A stretch of 55,771 bases of DNA, filler included, from Sluysia triapertura (taxonomy: Eukaryota): assembly GCA_046118255.1 (NCBI GenBank). It is 4 parts of 4 records of this genome, joined end to end, with 100 filler letters (N's around TTAATTAATTAA, not from the genome) between each part and the next. Parts side by side here need not be neighbours in the genome. Positions count along the whole stretch, not along the records: positions 1 to 15,449 come from JBJNIA010228123.1; positions 15,550 to 31,278 come from JBJNIA010220801.1; 2 more parts are not named here. One strand, given 5' to 3'. Every line of letters begins with the position of its first letter. The first letter of the stretch is position 1. The notes beneath the pieces were generated by a model, which did not search any database, was not told the DNA's origin, and saw only the letters and a program-made list of their open reading frames with translations. Positions 13,904-25,689 of this stretch are shown here, one piece after another. Both the position numbers and the translations under genes were made by a program.

Positions 13904-14915
13904 TATTTGGTTGTTCGGAAATACAAACACAGATCCAGATTGTATTTTTTCACAGTCAACTTCACAATAAAGTCGCATAATCATTATATATTTTGACAGC
14001 TGATAGTAAGGCTTGTTTGTTAAAAATTTCTTTTGATTTTTTACGATAGTTTTTGTTTGGTGACCTATCAAAAATGGAAAATCGAAAGCAGCATTTTCGG
14101 TATACTTTGTTCTATTATTATCGAAAAGATAAAAATGTAGTTCAAGCAAGGCGAAAATTATGTGATATATACGGAGAAGACGTATGGACAGAACGACAAT
14201 GCAAAATTTTGTTCCGGTAAAGGCCCAATGAAACAGATGAAGACAAAATAAAGGCATTGATAGATTCAAATCGTCGAATAACAACTCGTGAGATTTCGGA
14301 GAGGTTAAATTTGTCGTATTCGACCGTTCAGGATCACATGAAATGTCTTGTCTTAATTTTAAAACAGTACACATGGGTTCGTCGCATTAACGACTGTGAT
14401 TGCTTCTCGAAGGTCAAGAAAATGATCCATTTTGAAGTGAGTCATTACTGGAGTCGAGAAATGAGTGTTGTTTACAAAGATGTTAAGCGCAAGAGATAAT
14501 CGAAGGCCGATATTCACGAAAATAGGGTTATCTTATCTGTTTGCTGTGATTTCAAGGGGATCATTTTTTTGAGCTTATACCGGACAATACCACGATCAAC
14601 TGGACAAATTGAATGATTCACTCGAACAGAAAAGGCCAGAATTGATCAATAGAAAAGGCAATGCGAGACCTCATACATGTTTCGTAACTACCACATCCAC
14701 CATATTCTCCATATTTGGCATCTTCGGACTGTTACTTGTCCGGTCTTTGAAGACCTTTACTTCAAATCAAAACGTCAGCAAAGATCAAAAGTTTTATGAG
14801 CATGGAATCAATCTCCTGCCCGAAAGATGGCGAAAGTATTGGATCAAAATGGAGAATGTTTATGTACTCTGAAGATCGAAAAAAAATCGAAATTATTTCT
14901 CGAACAATGCTTGAT
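13904..14915 (+). mobile_element. Near full-length decayed mariner element
   Basis: ATG at 14074 gives MENRKQHFRYTLFYYYRKDKNVVQARRKLCDIYGEDVWTERQC (mariner HTH), then NRRITTREISERL, NARPHT and FYEHGINLLPERWRK. Left TIR TATTTGGTTGTTCGGAAATA follows TA; a partial right TIR is at 14894-14907. Many indels. Confidence 0.93.
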
Positions 14916-15378
14916 AATTAATTTAATTAAAAACTGTGCATATGGATGATAATTGTTAGTAAATATGAAAGTGGGAATGTTTAGTTGTATCAGTCATTGT
15001 TTGAACTAAGATTAAAAATAGTATTTTATATGGTTTAACAGGATTGTATTAAGATATTTCTAGACAAAACAAAGAAGAAAGAACTTTTTTTATGAAATAA
15101 TTTTAATTTAATGGCAAAAATAAATAAGTAAGCGTTTATTGAGAACAATTGATAATGCTACTTAATATTACATTATTTTTAATACGTAGTAGTACATTAT
15201 TTTATGTATATAAATAGTAAGATTAATATTATAATAAATTATCATTTATAATATTAATTCATGTTCATGTATATTTTTGGCATTAAAAATATTAGAATGA
15301 TATTTTAATATTGGAATTTTAACATTTTGTAAAATACGTTATTAAATTAAATCAATTATTTGAAGTCATTTCATTTTC

Positions 15379-15380
<2 letters not shown>

Positions 15381-15449
<69 letters not shown>
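15381..15449. repeat. (AAT)n microsatellite at contig end
   Basis: Read directly from the sequence. Confidence 0.97.
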
Positions 15450-15549
15450 NNNNNNNNNNNNNNNNNNNNNNNNNNNNNNNNNNNNNNNNNNNNTTAATTA
15501 ATTAANNNNNNNNNNNNNNNNNNNNNNNNNNNNNNNNNNNNNNNNNNNN
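15450..15549. other. Assembly gap with TTAATTAATTAA linker (also 31279-31378 and 43580-43679); plain gaps at 11189-11316 and 49017-49157
   Basis: An identical 44N + 12-mer + 44N pattern occurs three times; the 12-mer has stops in all six frames. Confidence 0.95.
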
Positions 15550-15716
15550 TATGTATTACTAATCTAATGCAAATAAAAGTATGTATTACTAATCTAATAC
15601 AAATAAAAGTATGTATTACTAATCTAATACAAATAAAAGTATGTATTACTAATCTAATGCAAATAAAAGTATGTATTACTAATCTAATACAAATAAAAGT
15701 ATGTATTACTAATCTA
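15550..15716. repeat. 30-bp minisatellite, about 5.5 copies, truncated by a gap
   Basis: Unit TATGTATTACTAATCTAAT(G/A)CAAATAAAAG in tandem. Confidence 0.95.
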
Positions 15717-16160
15717 GCCTAATTCTTTTTTATATAATATTAAAATGTTAAAGTATAAAAAACGAAAATGGCCTTCAACGTCACTTGTTTGGTGAACAAT
15801 ATACGTCATTAATGAGAATTATTTATTAAAAACTTAAATAAAACTAAATTTAAATTAAAGATTTAATAATTTAAATAACTTCGATTCAAAATTTATCAGA
15901 CATATCTTTCATATTGATTTTAAATACATTTATTTATTTGGATAGGACATTAACCTAATCACTAAAGTTGTGAACTACCGCCTTGATTTTTACAAGTGAT
16001 GAATTAAAATTTGAAATATTGGAGGACTTATAAAATTTGTGCCAAATTTGACCAATAAATAAGTTTGTAGTAGACATTTTATTTTATAACTTCTAAAACA
16101 AGTAATACGTCAAATCAGAAACTACAGAAGACAGTTTCTAATTTAGTCTCAATAGTTATT

Positions 16161-16400
16161 ATGTCTTTAAGCCAACAGAGTGTTCAGTATCAGAATTTAA
16201 CAAACATTTTTGGTGTTTTAAGCATTAATATGGGCAGTGATATAGATATTAAAATTCGTAATGAACCACCTTTTATTTTTGTTATATTTGATAATAAACT
16301 TTATGCTCAAGATGCTGTACTTGATCGTTATGATTATGATCTAGATTAATTTTCTCGAGATTTTAAGCGAAGTACTTCACGTCGTCATAACTATAGAGAT
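16161..16400 (+). pseudogene. SRSF1/SRSF9-like RRM1 fragment
   Basis: DIDIKIRNEPPFIFVIFDNKLYAQDAVLDRYDYDLD* aligns with SRSF1 [38 protein letters not shown]. Premature stop and a degraded N-terminus. Confidence 0.7.
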
Positions 16401-17339
16401 CCCAAATTTTATTAAGATTTAGACAACAGACATAGTAGTATTATCAGTAATAATGAAAAAAATGCATATATAAAAATGTAATATTAGTAAGTGACCATTT
16501 AGTATTACACGAAATGTACGTACCAAAATCATTTAGACACTACTCATCCATTGGTATTTATTACAATGATTATCGTAATATTGCTCCTATTCATAATTAT
16601 AATAACATTAATTCTATCAATCAACATATTTTTATTCTATTCGTTATCATTTATTATCAACATCTCCAACTTCACTCGGCTCGTCAGACAATGTTTGTAA
16701 ACGTCAAAATTTATCAAATTTTATGTGTCATTAGTAAGCAATTTTATTTTCTTGATTTTTATCCTGAAATTTTTGTCTAAAAGTTGTATTATATATAATA
16801 AATTAACCAAAACCATTTTTTTATTTGCAAATTGAATTTTGATAAAGTAAGGGTCCTTAAGACCCATTTTTATATTAAAGATTTTAGTAATTTGTTAATT
16901 ATATTATTAAAAATTAAAAATTTTAATTTTCTAAACGATAACAAAGCTTTTATTAATAATCTTTCTTTCAAAATTTATAACCAACAAACAGTACAACAAT
17001 CCCAACATTTTATATTAAAATGACTATGGATGTTTTTATCATTCTTACTCCAACAGCATCCATAATGATCTGTTCAGAATTTTGTAAGAGTTCTCCCTGC
17101 ATTTTTCAATTCAACATCTTCCTAAAAGTCTTGTTTATTTTATATGCTAAACTTGTGCTATTGGCATTTTGTAAGATTTTTCATTTTGAAGTCATATGAA
17201 AATATTGATTGCTTCGTTTTCATTGATTACATATAAAAAGGGTCTTAATTTATATAAATAATCTAAAAGTATTTTTAGCTTTGCAAAGTTAGTTATTCCC
17301 ACAACATTTTGTTTTTATAATTTATTCATAACATGGTTT

Positions 17340-17505
17340 GTTATGTAAGCCTTATCCGTGCTATATACATGACAATTTTAAGTCATAAGCTGCGAATTAA
17401 AATCTGAATTCAGATTACATAAATTTATAATTTCAGAGTTAATTTTTTTTAAAATATCAAAATGCTGCACTATTTTTGATGTATTTTATATTTAATATTA
17501 CATAA
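17340..17505. promoter_or_regulatory. Cluster of three D-box (TTATGTAA) motifs upstream of the bZIP exon
   Basis: TTATGTAA at 17341-17348; TTACATAA at 17415-17422 and 17498-17505. Confidence 0.35.
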
Positions 17506-17861
17506 ATAAAACTCAAAGGTTTTATTTATTTTTAAGGCTTTTTTAAAATATTTACATTAATTATATATTGATAAATTATTTTTATATTGCATTCTGGATG
17601 ATAAAATACGTGTTTTTGTAATTTTATTCTCAATATTTTATGAAACATTAAACTGTCATTTAGCGTATGTATATAATATGCAAAATTCTAAATTCAAAGT
17701 AAAATGGAATACAAATTTTAAAATTTACCAAATTTGTATAAAAATAATTCATATTAATTTGATATATTTGTTTTAATGAATTTAAAGGACAGATTTGTTT
17801 GATTATTATTTTATTTAACATTTTTTAAATAAACATTTATTGGCTTGCAATTTCATTTTAG

Positions 17862-18461
17862 ATGCATCATATGACAAATTTGAGTCATTATGAAAATTAT
17901 GGTATTAAGCCAAAGCTTGAACCAAGTAATGGTGTATGTAGCTTTAAAAGTGGTTGTATTCCGAAAACTGAAGCTTATCCTGTAAACTGTAATGTTTATT
18001 TACCTCACATATCTAATTTTACCAATGTGAATAATTTTTATTGTGCGAATGAATTGAATATCCCGATTTCAACTACTTTTCATTTACAAAGCGATGTATC
18101 TATGCATAATAGTCCAATTTTAACTCAGCAATTATGGAATTGTTCAAATTCTCAGTGTTACATTAAACAGGATAATTCGCCATTATCTATGCCAACACCA
18201 GATGTAATGCAGTCTTGTTCGCCTTCAAGCAGTACAGTGAGTCATGATCGTGTTGGTAAAATAATTAAAGATGAAAAATATTTATTACGCAGGCAGAAAA
18301 ACAACATCGCTGCTAAAAAGTGTCGTGATAACAAAAAGCGTAAAAGTCAAGAATTACAAAATTTAGTAATTAAATATGAAAAAGAAAACGAAGATCTAAA
18401 AGAGAAGATAGAGTCTATTAAAGCTCAAATTTCTATTATTAAAAGTAAATCACAAAAGTGA
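17862..18461 (+). CDS. PAR/NFIL3-type bZIP transcription factor (single or terminal coding exon)
   Basis: Open 199-aa frame with basic region KDEKYLLRRQKNNIAAKKCRDNKK and a leucine-zipper heptad. TTTTAG acceptor lies immediately before the ATG. Confidence 0.9.
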   Translation: MHHMTNLSHYENYGIKPKLEPSNGVCSFKSGCIPKTEAYPVNCNVYLPHISNFTNVNNFYCANELNIPISTTFHLQSDVSMHNSPILTQQLWNCSNSQCYIKQDNSPLSMPTPDVMQSCSPSSSTVSHDRVGKIIKDEKYLLRRQKNNIAAKKCRDNKKRKSQELQNLVIKYEKENEDLKEKIESIKAQISIIKSKSQK

Positions 18462-20397
18462 AATAATTTTAAAAATTTCCGGTGAAATAAGCTTTCTTTA
18501 CGCATTTGATTATCCATTAGAACCCTATTTTAATACTGCTTAATTATTAATTTTGCATTATTTTATCAATTTAATTTCAGCCCGGTGTTTATACGATTAT
18601 ATGCAATCTGAAATTGTTTTTCTAATTTTGTGCCTTTTTGATTTTTAGTATTCAATCCGAGTGATTTTTATTAAACTTTCTCAGGTTTATTGGCATTATA
18701 ATTGTATTTTGTATATAATTTTCAATTTCTTATTTAATGTCGACTATATGTTAAAATGCCAGTAATTATTTAAGCAAATTTATATTTTCTACCTCATGGA
18801 TTTTGTATACATTAATCTTTGTATTACGATTATTTCTTAGTTTAATTATTTGATTTTAATTTAAGTATTTATGTTATACTTGTGATGTAAATATTCTTTT
18901 AATAAATGATATTTTAATTTTTGATATGTGAAATTTTAACATTTGAATTTACATTTTATTAAACTAAATTGATAATTTTAGAATGCCAATATTTTTGGAA
19001 TTTATAACCTAGGTCGGCATTTTATACATATTACGATAGTATTTTAGCACGTTTATTGATTGTGATGTATATCAAAGTATTATTAAATATAATAAAAATT
19101 AAATGTTAATATACGATCGAAAAAATGTTTTGCTTTGTTAAGAACTGCTTTCCAAAATATTATATTTCGCCTATGTGACTTTAACCTTGAATTTTTATAG
19201 GTTGCGTTGTATCAATTATGGATTAAAAATTTGTTTTCCAGCACCCTGTTGCATTTAATTGTCCAATGTGAAATAACTAAATTAATAAAATAGATCTTAA
19301 AAATTCATATATTTATAATAACATCTACTTGTTTATCATAATGGCTTTCCTAATTCCTAAAATTCATTCATAAAAGGATTAACATAATTTAACTTTAATT
19401 TTTCAGTAAAATACTTAAAATGTCAATGGAATTTGGATGGTAACAGATTTTGTGTAATTTGGCTTGTATGACTTAAATGTTCATTGTAATATAACAAAAT
19501 AAGATCCTTTCAATTAATTACATGCACATTTAAAAAATTTACCGCTTTTCTTGAAACTTTAATCAATATTAGTCTGAGTTAATGGCAATGAAAACTGATG
19601 ACCTTCATACGTGGCCATTATTGTCCAACAATTTCGCACAAAATGATTGTTTCATGTTATTGGAAGATCAAAAATCGTTCAATTCATGTAGTACCTATTT
19701 ATCGTTCTTTTTTTTACAGCTTGTGCGTTTACAATGGAAAATTTTTTTTGTAAATATGGGTTCACCTATATCCTTATGGTAAGCACCGCTAGTCAAAATA
19801 TGCAAATAATTATGCCGAGGGTAAGTATTCTTAGTAACCTTATTTTACTAATCTTAAACTATTATGTTTTCTGCTACTTAATCTTTTAGACCTAAAAATA
19901 TATTGTTACAGTTAACGTCTTATGTCGTAAGGAGGACTTCCTATAACTATAATCAAGCAAATATTAGTGAAAATTTAATAAAAATTCTTATAGCAATAGG
20001 CACTACTTAAATAATTATTCTCGTAAATTGGAAGTCTTGATTTTATTGCAAATTTTAATCAATCTAATTTATGATTTTATTCGTTTCAAAAATTTGTCAA
20101 AAGTATGATTGTTAACTTATTGTTGAATTATTCTTTTATTAATGTTATTTTTGAAAATAATAACAATAAATTACAAAATTGAGAATCGATAAATAAGACA
20201 CAAGAAAGGACCAATTCATTAATTTAAATTTAAATTCAAATAGGATCTTTAATTTATTAAAATAAATTTAATTATAAATTATTGCCCTCAGGGTAAAAAT
20301 ATCGTTTCAAAAAGATTTAGTATTTAATATTTTTATTTTCTCTAGGAAAATGAAAATACAATTATTTTATTTAATGTTAAGAAATTTAAAATAGTAT

Positions 20398-21170
20398 TGT
20401 GGTGGTTCAGCCCACGACTACGTACACATCACGTAAATAATAACAATCAGTTACACACAAACCTCGTCACGAAAAATACATTACCACACATCTTGCTTAC
20501 ATCATATCATGACATTACATTATTCATCGCTCTTTAAACATTATAAATCCACACTTGCCTAATAAGATTTGTTTTATAAAAATTCCAAATTGGTACATTA
20601 AACATGATACCCGATGTCATCGCGTCATCATTATAACTCAACTACAGATGAGTGTTTCATAGGAAATTCACGATTAGATCATTTTTCTGAAACAAGTTCA
20701 CGAAGTATCGAGTTATCGAATTTGTATCTATCGATTTGTCATATATTTTAATCTGATAAAGGTGTAGTTGACTTTGTGAATTTATATCATATATCACTTA
20801 CTGGTTCAGACCCAGCTACTATGACGATATACTCGTTTAAAAGTCAATTGAATTACCTACCTTATAAAAAGGTAGCTAAGTTCATAAGTTTACATGACGC
20901 ATGGTCTACCGGTTCAGAGCTAGCTACGATCAGGGACGAGATTGTTTATATAATTTCCGAGGATATGACAAAATCAGTGTCATTTGCTGGACCAAATCCA
21001 AACTTGTCAACTATTACCGTGGTCCTGCTGGTCACGTCTGTGCTTTGAACAGCTACGATCACACCATTAATTTTGCACTGAGAATTTGCCGTCCGGAATC
21101 GAGAATCGTTCGAGACATGGCCTACGGTGTAACATGGTATTCAATTGTGTTCTTAGACAATTAGTGTCAT
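20398..21170 (+). mobile_element. Probable LTR plus gag remnant
   Basis: Starts with TGTGG. 20417-20550 recurs inverted at ~47806-47925. A degraded zinc-knuckle-like NYYRGPAGH occurs near 21010. Confidence 0.45.
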
Positions 21171-21559
21171 ACATGAAATGTATGTATATTATTGAATTGT
21201 GATGTAATAAATACTAATGATCCCAATCTCGGTTTTCCTCGGACTTTTCTTTTATTATTAGTTAAATTGTAATTAATGATAAAGGCAAACAAACGTTTTA
21301 AATTTTAAATGTCTTTAAGTTATAATAAAAATAAAGTAAAATGCAATATCTGCACTGAAAAGAAATATACAGTAATAATGTCTTGCACTTTAAGATAATT
21401 TAATGTCTGAATTTAAATTTTAGATAATGATTTTAATCGAAGCGTTAAACTATTACAAAATTTATAAAATATTGAAGCTGTAGGTCTTGCGTTAAACAAG
21501 GCAATATGAAAAACTCGTTAACAAAATGGATTTTCTCGAAATCAGAAATAATGTTTGCT

Positions 21560-21666
21560 AAATGCATTTCTGTTTCAGAAATACTATGGTGAATGATATA
21601 CCATAAGTGCTTTTGAGTACTTTCGCGGTAGATATGAGCGCCATATAAATTAATATATTATTATTA
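21560..21666 (+). mobile_element. 3' end of the L2 LINE family
   Basis: Matches the termini at 4355-4455 (-) and 55630-55771 (+), including the stem-loop and a short ATT tail. Confidence 0.85.
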
Positions 21667-24599
21667 CTTTCTTGGAATTTAGAAAAATTTTTAATCTGAA
21701 TATCAGAAATTTCATAAACACTTATTAAAGATTTTGTTTGTCGAATATTATGCGGTAGTGGTTCTAGGTCTATTTTAGATACAAATGGTTATCGTACTCT
21801 ATTTCATTGACAACTTTAGCTCTTTCATAAAAATTATCAACAGAAATAGTAGCAAAATATCACTAACTTTAAAATCAATTTGTTGATAATACGAATAGTT
21901 CCTATTAATTGGAAAATTTTTATTACTATTCATGTTAATTGTTGCTATTATTTGTCAAGTTAACATAGAAATATCCGTCTTCATAGAAATGCATTAATAA
22001 TTTCCCACTATTTTCAGTGTTTTCTTGTCTGCATTCTTTCGTATGTTCATTGTGTACCAAAGTTAGAAATAGTTTTTTTGATATATCAGGAACAATTAAA
22101 TCTTTTAAAACTATATCGTTGAGAAACTATTTTTAATGTTTTTAATTCTATTTAATGCTTCTGAACTATGTACTAATGGATATATAGATTTTCCGACACT
22201 GATTTATGACTGCGCTACTTGAAAATAATAATGATACACTCATTAATATAATTTTGACATTGTTGATTGTGACTTTATTGAAATGATTCATCAAAACACG
22301 CCAACACACTAGGCAAGTGTCAGCAGTCGACAGTCAACAAGAAGGCTGCATTGATTTAATTAAACTGTCGATTGGCGACAGACTGTTGATCAAATAGTGT
22401 TGATACTTATAGTAATAATAATAAATAATAATAATAACGAAAACGATAAATGATAATAAATAGTAATAATAAAATTATACAAAATAGAAAAATGCATAAT
22501 ATCTTTCCAATTTTAAACGTAATTCTTATAAAATTTTCTTATTCTGTATAACATTAATTCTTTCACTTATTTGATATAAAATGAAAATACAGAAACTTTA
22601 TATTCTATCTACATCAATTCTTTCAAATATAAGCAAAAGTCTTCTCTGAATGTAAAATAAAAGTTATTTTCTTATTGTCTTCGGATAATGTTGACTCAGT
22701 AATGAAAGATAACAAGTTAGTTAAGGTATTAAAAGAAATGAATACAAGATGTATATAAAAAAGGAATAATGCTTAACTAAAGATGTTAAAGAAATTCCGT
22801 TTTGTTTGTAATGTTAAATTGGTTTTAAAATGTGAATTTAATGTTTTTTTACTGATATTAATGATTGAGTGTTGAAGGATTGTGAACTTGAAATGTTTTG
22901 GGTTAAGTAAAATTTGTACGTATGATGATTTTTGATGTTGACTAAGATTTTAATGTAATAAACTTTTGAATATTAGGTTGGCCACCACAAAGTGAATGAT
23001 TGTTATTAAAATATTTGAAGATATTTCTGTGGTTCATTGGAAAATGTTGGTCGACCTTTGTCGAGAATAAGTGTACAAATCAATCACACATTGGGAAGTA
23101 TTTATTCAAATTTAACCGAGAAAAGTAGACAAGAAAGGAATCAGAACGTAACATATAAGAGATTTACGAAATTGTTTAGCTTATACATTCTATTTGAGAA
23201 TCAGTACAGTAGCGATATCAACTAGGGTTACAGTAACAATATTTCAAAAATTTTATTTCAATTCAAGATAATATGGCCTTATAAGGTAGGATTCAGAACC
23301 CAGAATGCGAAGGAAAAGTTAAGTAGTGATTATAATGTTAGCAAGCCAACAAGGATTAAAAAAGATTCGAAAATTGATTCAGTAACATCCAAGTCATTGA
23401 AAACGAAGGCCATTGATCCTTTAGAAAACATATCAGATTAGTATGAATTTCAGACGGTATCTCTCGCATGATGTGGAAATTTACTGCGACATTAAAAAAC
23501 AATATGTATGAAATCCTTTAATTGTGATATTGCGTACACTAGTGTAAATAAATTGAATGCAAATGATATTAAAGAAGACAAAAATGGTTCACTTCACGGA
23601 AATGGAGTTCATTTAGATAGAAAATTTAGTCCAGGTGACACTGAAGGCCAAATGAGGAAGAAAACGATTGCAATTTGACTACTCTCATACAAAGTTTGTG
23701 GTGATGAAGTCAGTCTCTCGCTTAAGTACGTTTGTTTTTCTCTTTCTCGATCATGTCCCTTTGTGTTACATAAATTTTCTTAACCATAAAGTTATTAAAA
23801 AGTTTCAGTTACAGCGCTATAAATTTTTTCATAAGGTTTTTTATTTGTACGTAACAAATACACCGCACAACTTTCATCAACCTCTTTTATAAATACTGAA
23901 CCTCCTATTTAGGTAAATCATTAATGTAATCATAATACTCAGATAATACTCCTGGAGCTTTCATAAACCCTTAAAAAGATCCTCATATCACACCAGCTTC
24001 ATTAAGATGGTTATCACTGTAATTCATTTTATTATCATCTTTACTACGGTTCGTACAAATGAATGTAATTTAACAGCATCAAGATAGTTGATTCTAATAT
24101 ACTATCGACAGAATATAAACAATATAGTACAATAAATATTGAATCGAAATTCGAATAGATAAAAGCGATATTTATGACCTAAAAGAATTGAATTTCGAAA
24201 GACTATTATTATTTACTTTGAAACTTGACCTAGTAAATCCAGAATACATTGTCATAAAGTGCATACTTTATTCAATTTTATTATTATTACTATTATTTTA
24301 TTTTGATCATTGTTACAGTTCATCAGATGTTTTGTTCTGAATCTCTCATCTCCAAGTCAGTCAAGTACTTTTCCAACGCCATCAAGAAGAATATCAACCC
24401 CATCAAACCACCGTCCAGTCTTCCATACAAAGTGAGTATTTATTTTAAACTAGAATTTTCTTCAGTCTCTTGTCTATTGTAATGTTTCGAATATAGCACT
24501 TTTTAAACATGTCGAAAATTGCATATATCTTAGAACTGATAACTTTTGATATTAGTAACAATCAACTGACACATCATGCATGATTTAATAATTTCACGA

Positions 24600-25400
24600 C
24601 TGAATTTGTATAAAGTTAATTGTCTGCGAAACGAAACAAAATGAAGGGTATCGGTTGGATCATAACAAGCTCAAACGGAGCATTGTGAGAAGCAAATGCA
24701 GCATCTAAAGCTTGTTGGTGAGGAAGATGTACCTAGAACCCGAACGTGGAAAAATCGTTGTTCAAAATATTTGTTAAAATGATATTTCTTTGTGTTAGTG
24801 TTATGAAAATTTTTATATATACAATGGCAAGTATTCGAAAGGATGTACTCAAAATATTATCCACAAATTAATAATGTTACACTTGTTTTTACGCAAGTTC
24901 TTTTAAACTTGTCTCTTACTACAGAAAAGAATTGTTATACGATCTTTTGTGCTTTATGACCGCTAACTGATTTATAAATATTAGACACAGGTTCTCTCTG
25001 GCATTTTTTCCAAAATAAACCTGACTCATCAGTTTTTATGATTTGTTTGCAGCAATTTCAGAATTTTGTTGGCTATTCTTGCGCTGCATCTACAATTCCA
25101 GATGCCCGTTCAAATCAGCTATGACTTGCTGTAAAGTCTGCTCCTTAATTTTTTCATAAATCCGCAAATCTTTATTTGCAATTAGTATCTGTTTTTTCTA
25201 TCTGTTATTTCTATTACATGAAGTAGTGTAATGCCCACTGCTACACTCTTTCTTATTGAGTTTTCATTTTCTGTTATGGTTCTTATTGCAGCTTCATTCA
25301 TGCTGCACAATCTAGCAACATCTATTACTCTTTCTGCATTTCGTAAGTGATCCAAAATTTTTATCTTTACTTATTTTTAATTTTTTAGACTAAATCCTAT
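24600..25400 (-). mobile_element. Tigger/pogo transposase remnant
   Basis: KIKILDHLRNAERVIDVARLCSMNEAAIRTI (psq HTH), FTASHS*FER, DESGLFWKK/PERT and KDRITILFCS. Confidence 0.9.
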
Positions 25401-25689
25401 TATTAGTTCATATGGACTTTTGTCCCTTACTAGTATCGGAGCGCAAACATTTGTCTAAGATTGTAATTTGAAGAACTCCATTTATATCAATAAGAGAGAT
25501 GTTGACACGATAAATATTTAATGATTTACAGTATATTATATCACGCAATTTTAGGGTTGTTTCTGATTCTCAAGCTGTATTTGTGTTGGTGCTATCTTAC
25601 ATCGATTTACATGTACCACGTGTGCCTTATAACTTCAGCATCAATCTTATAAGGTTTGGGAAGTTCAGGAAAATGACCAGGTTTTGCTA

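Noticed and set aside
13901-14374. 157-aa minus-strand ORF
   Set aside because: Antisense shadow of the mariner transposase.
15494-15505. TTAATTAATTAA palindrome repeated three times in the window
   Set aside because: Always centred in a 100-nt N gap; a scaffolding linker, not biology.
15550-15716. CRISPR-like 30-bp repeat
   Set aside because: Units are contiguous with no spacers and the context is eukaryotic; it is a minisatellite.
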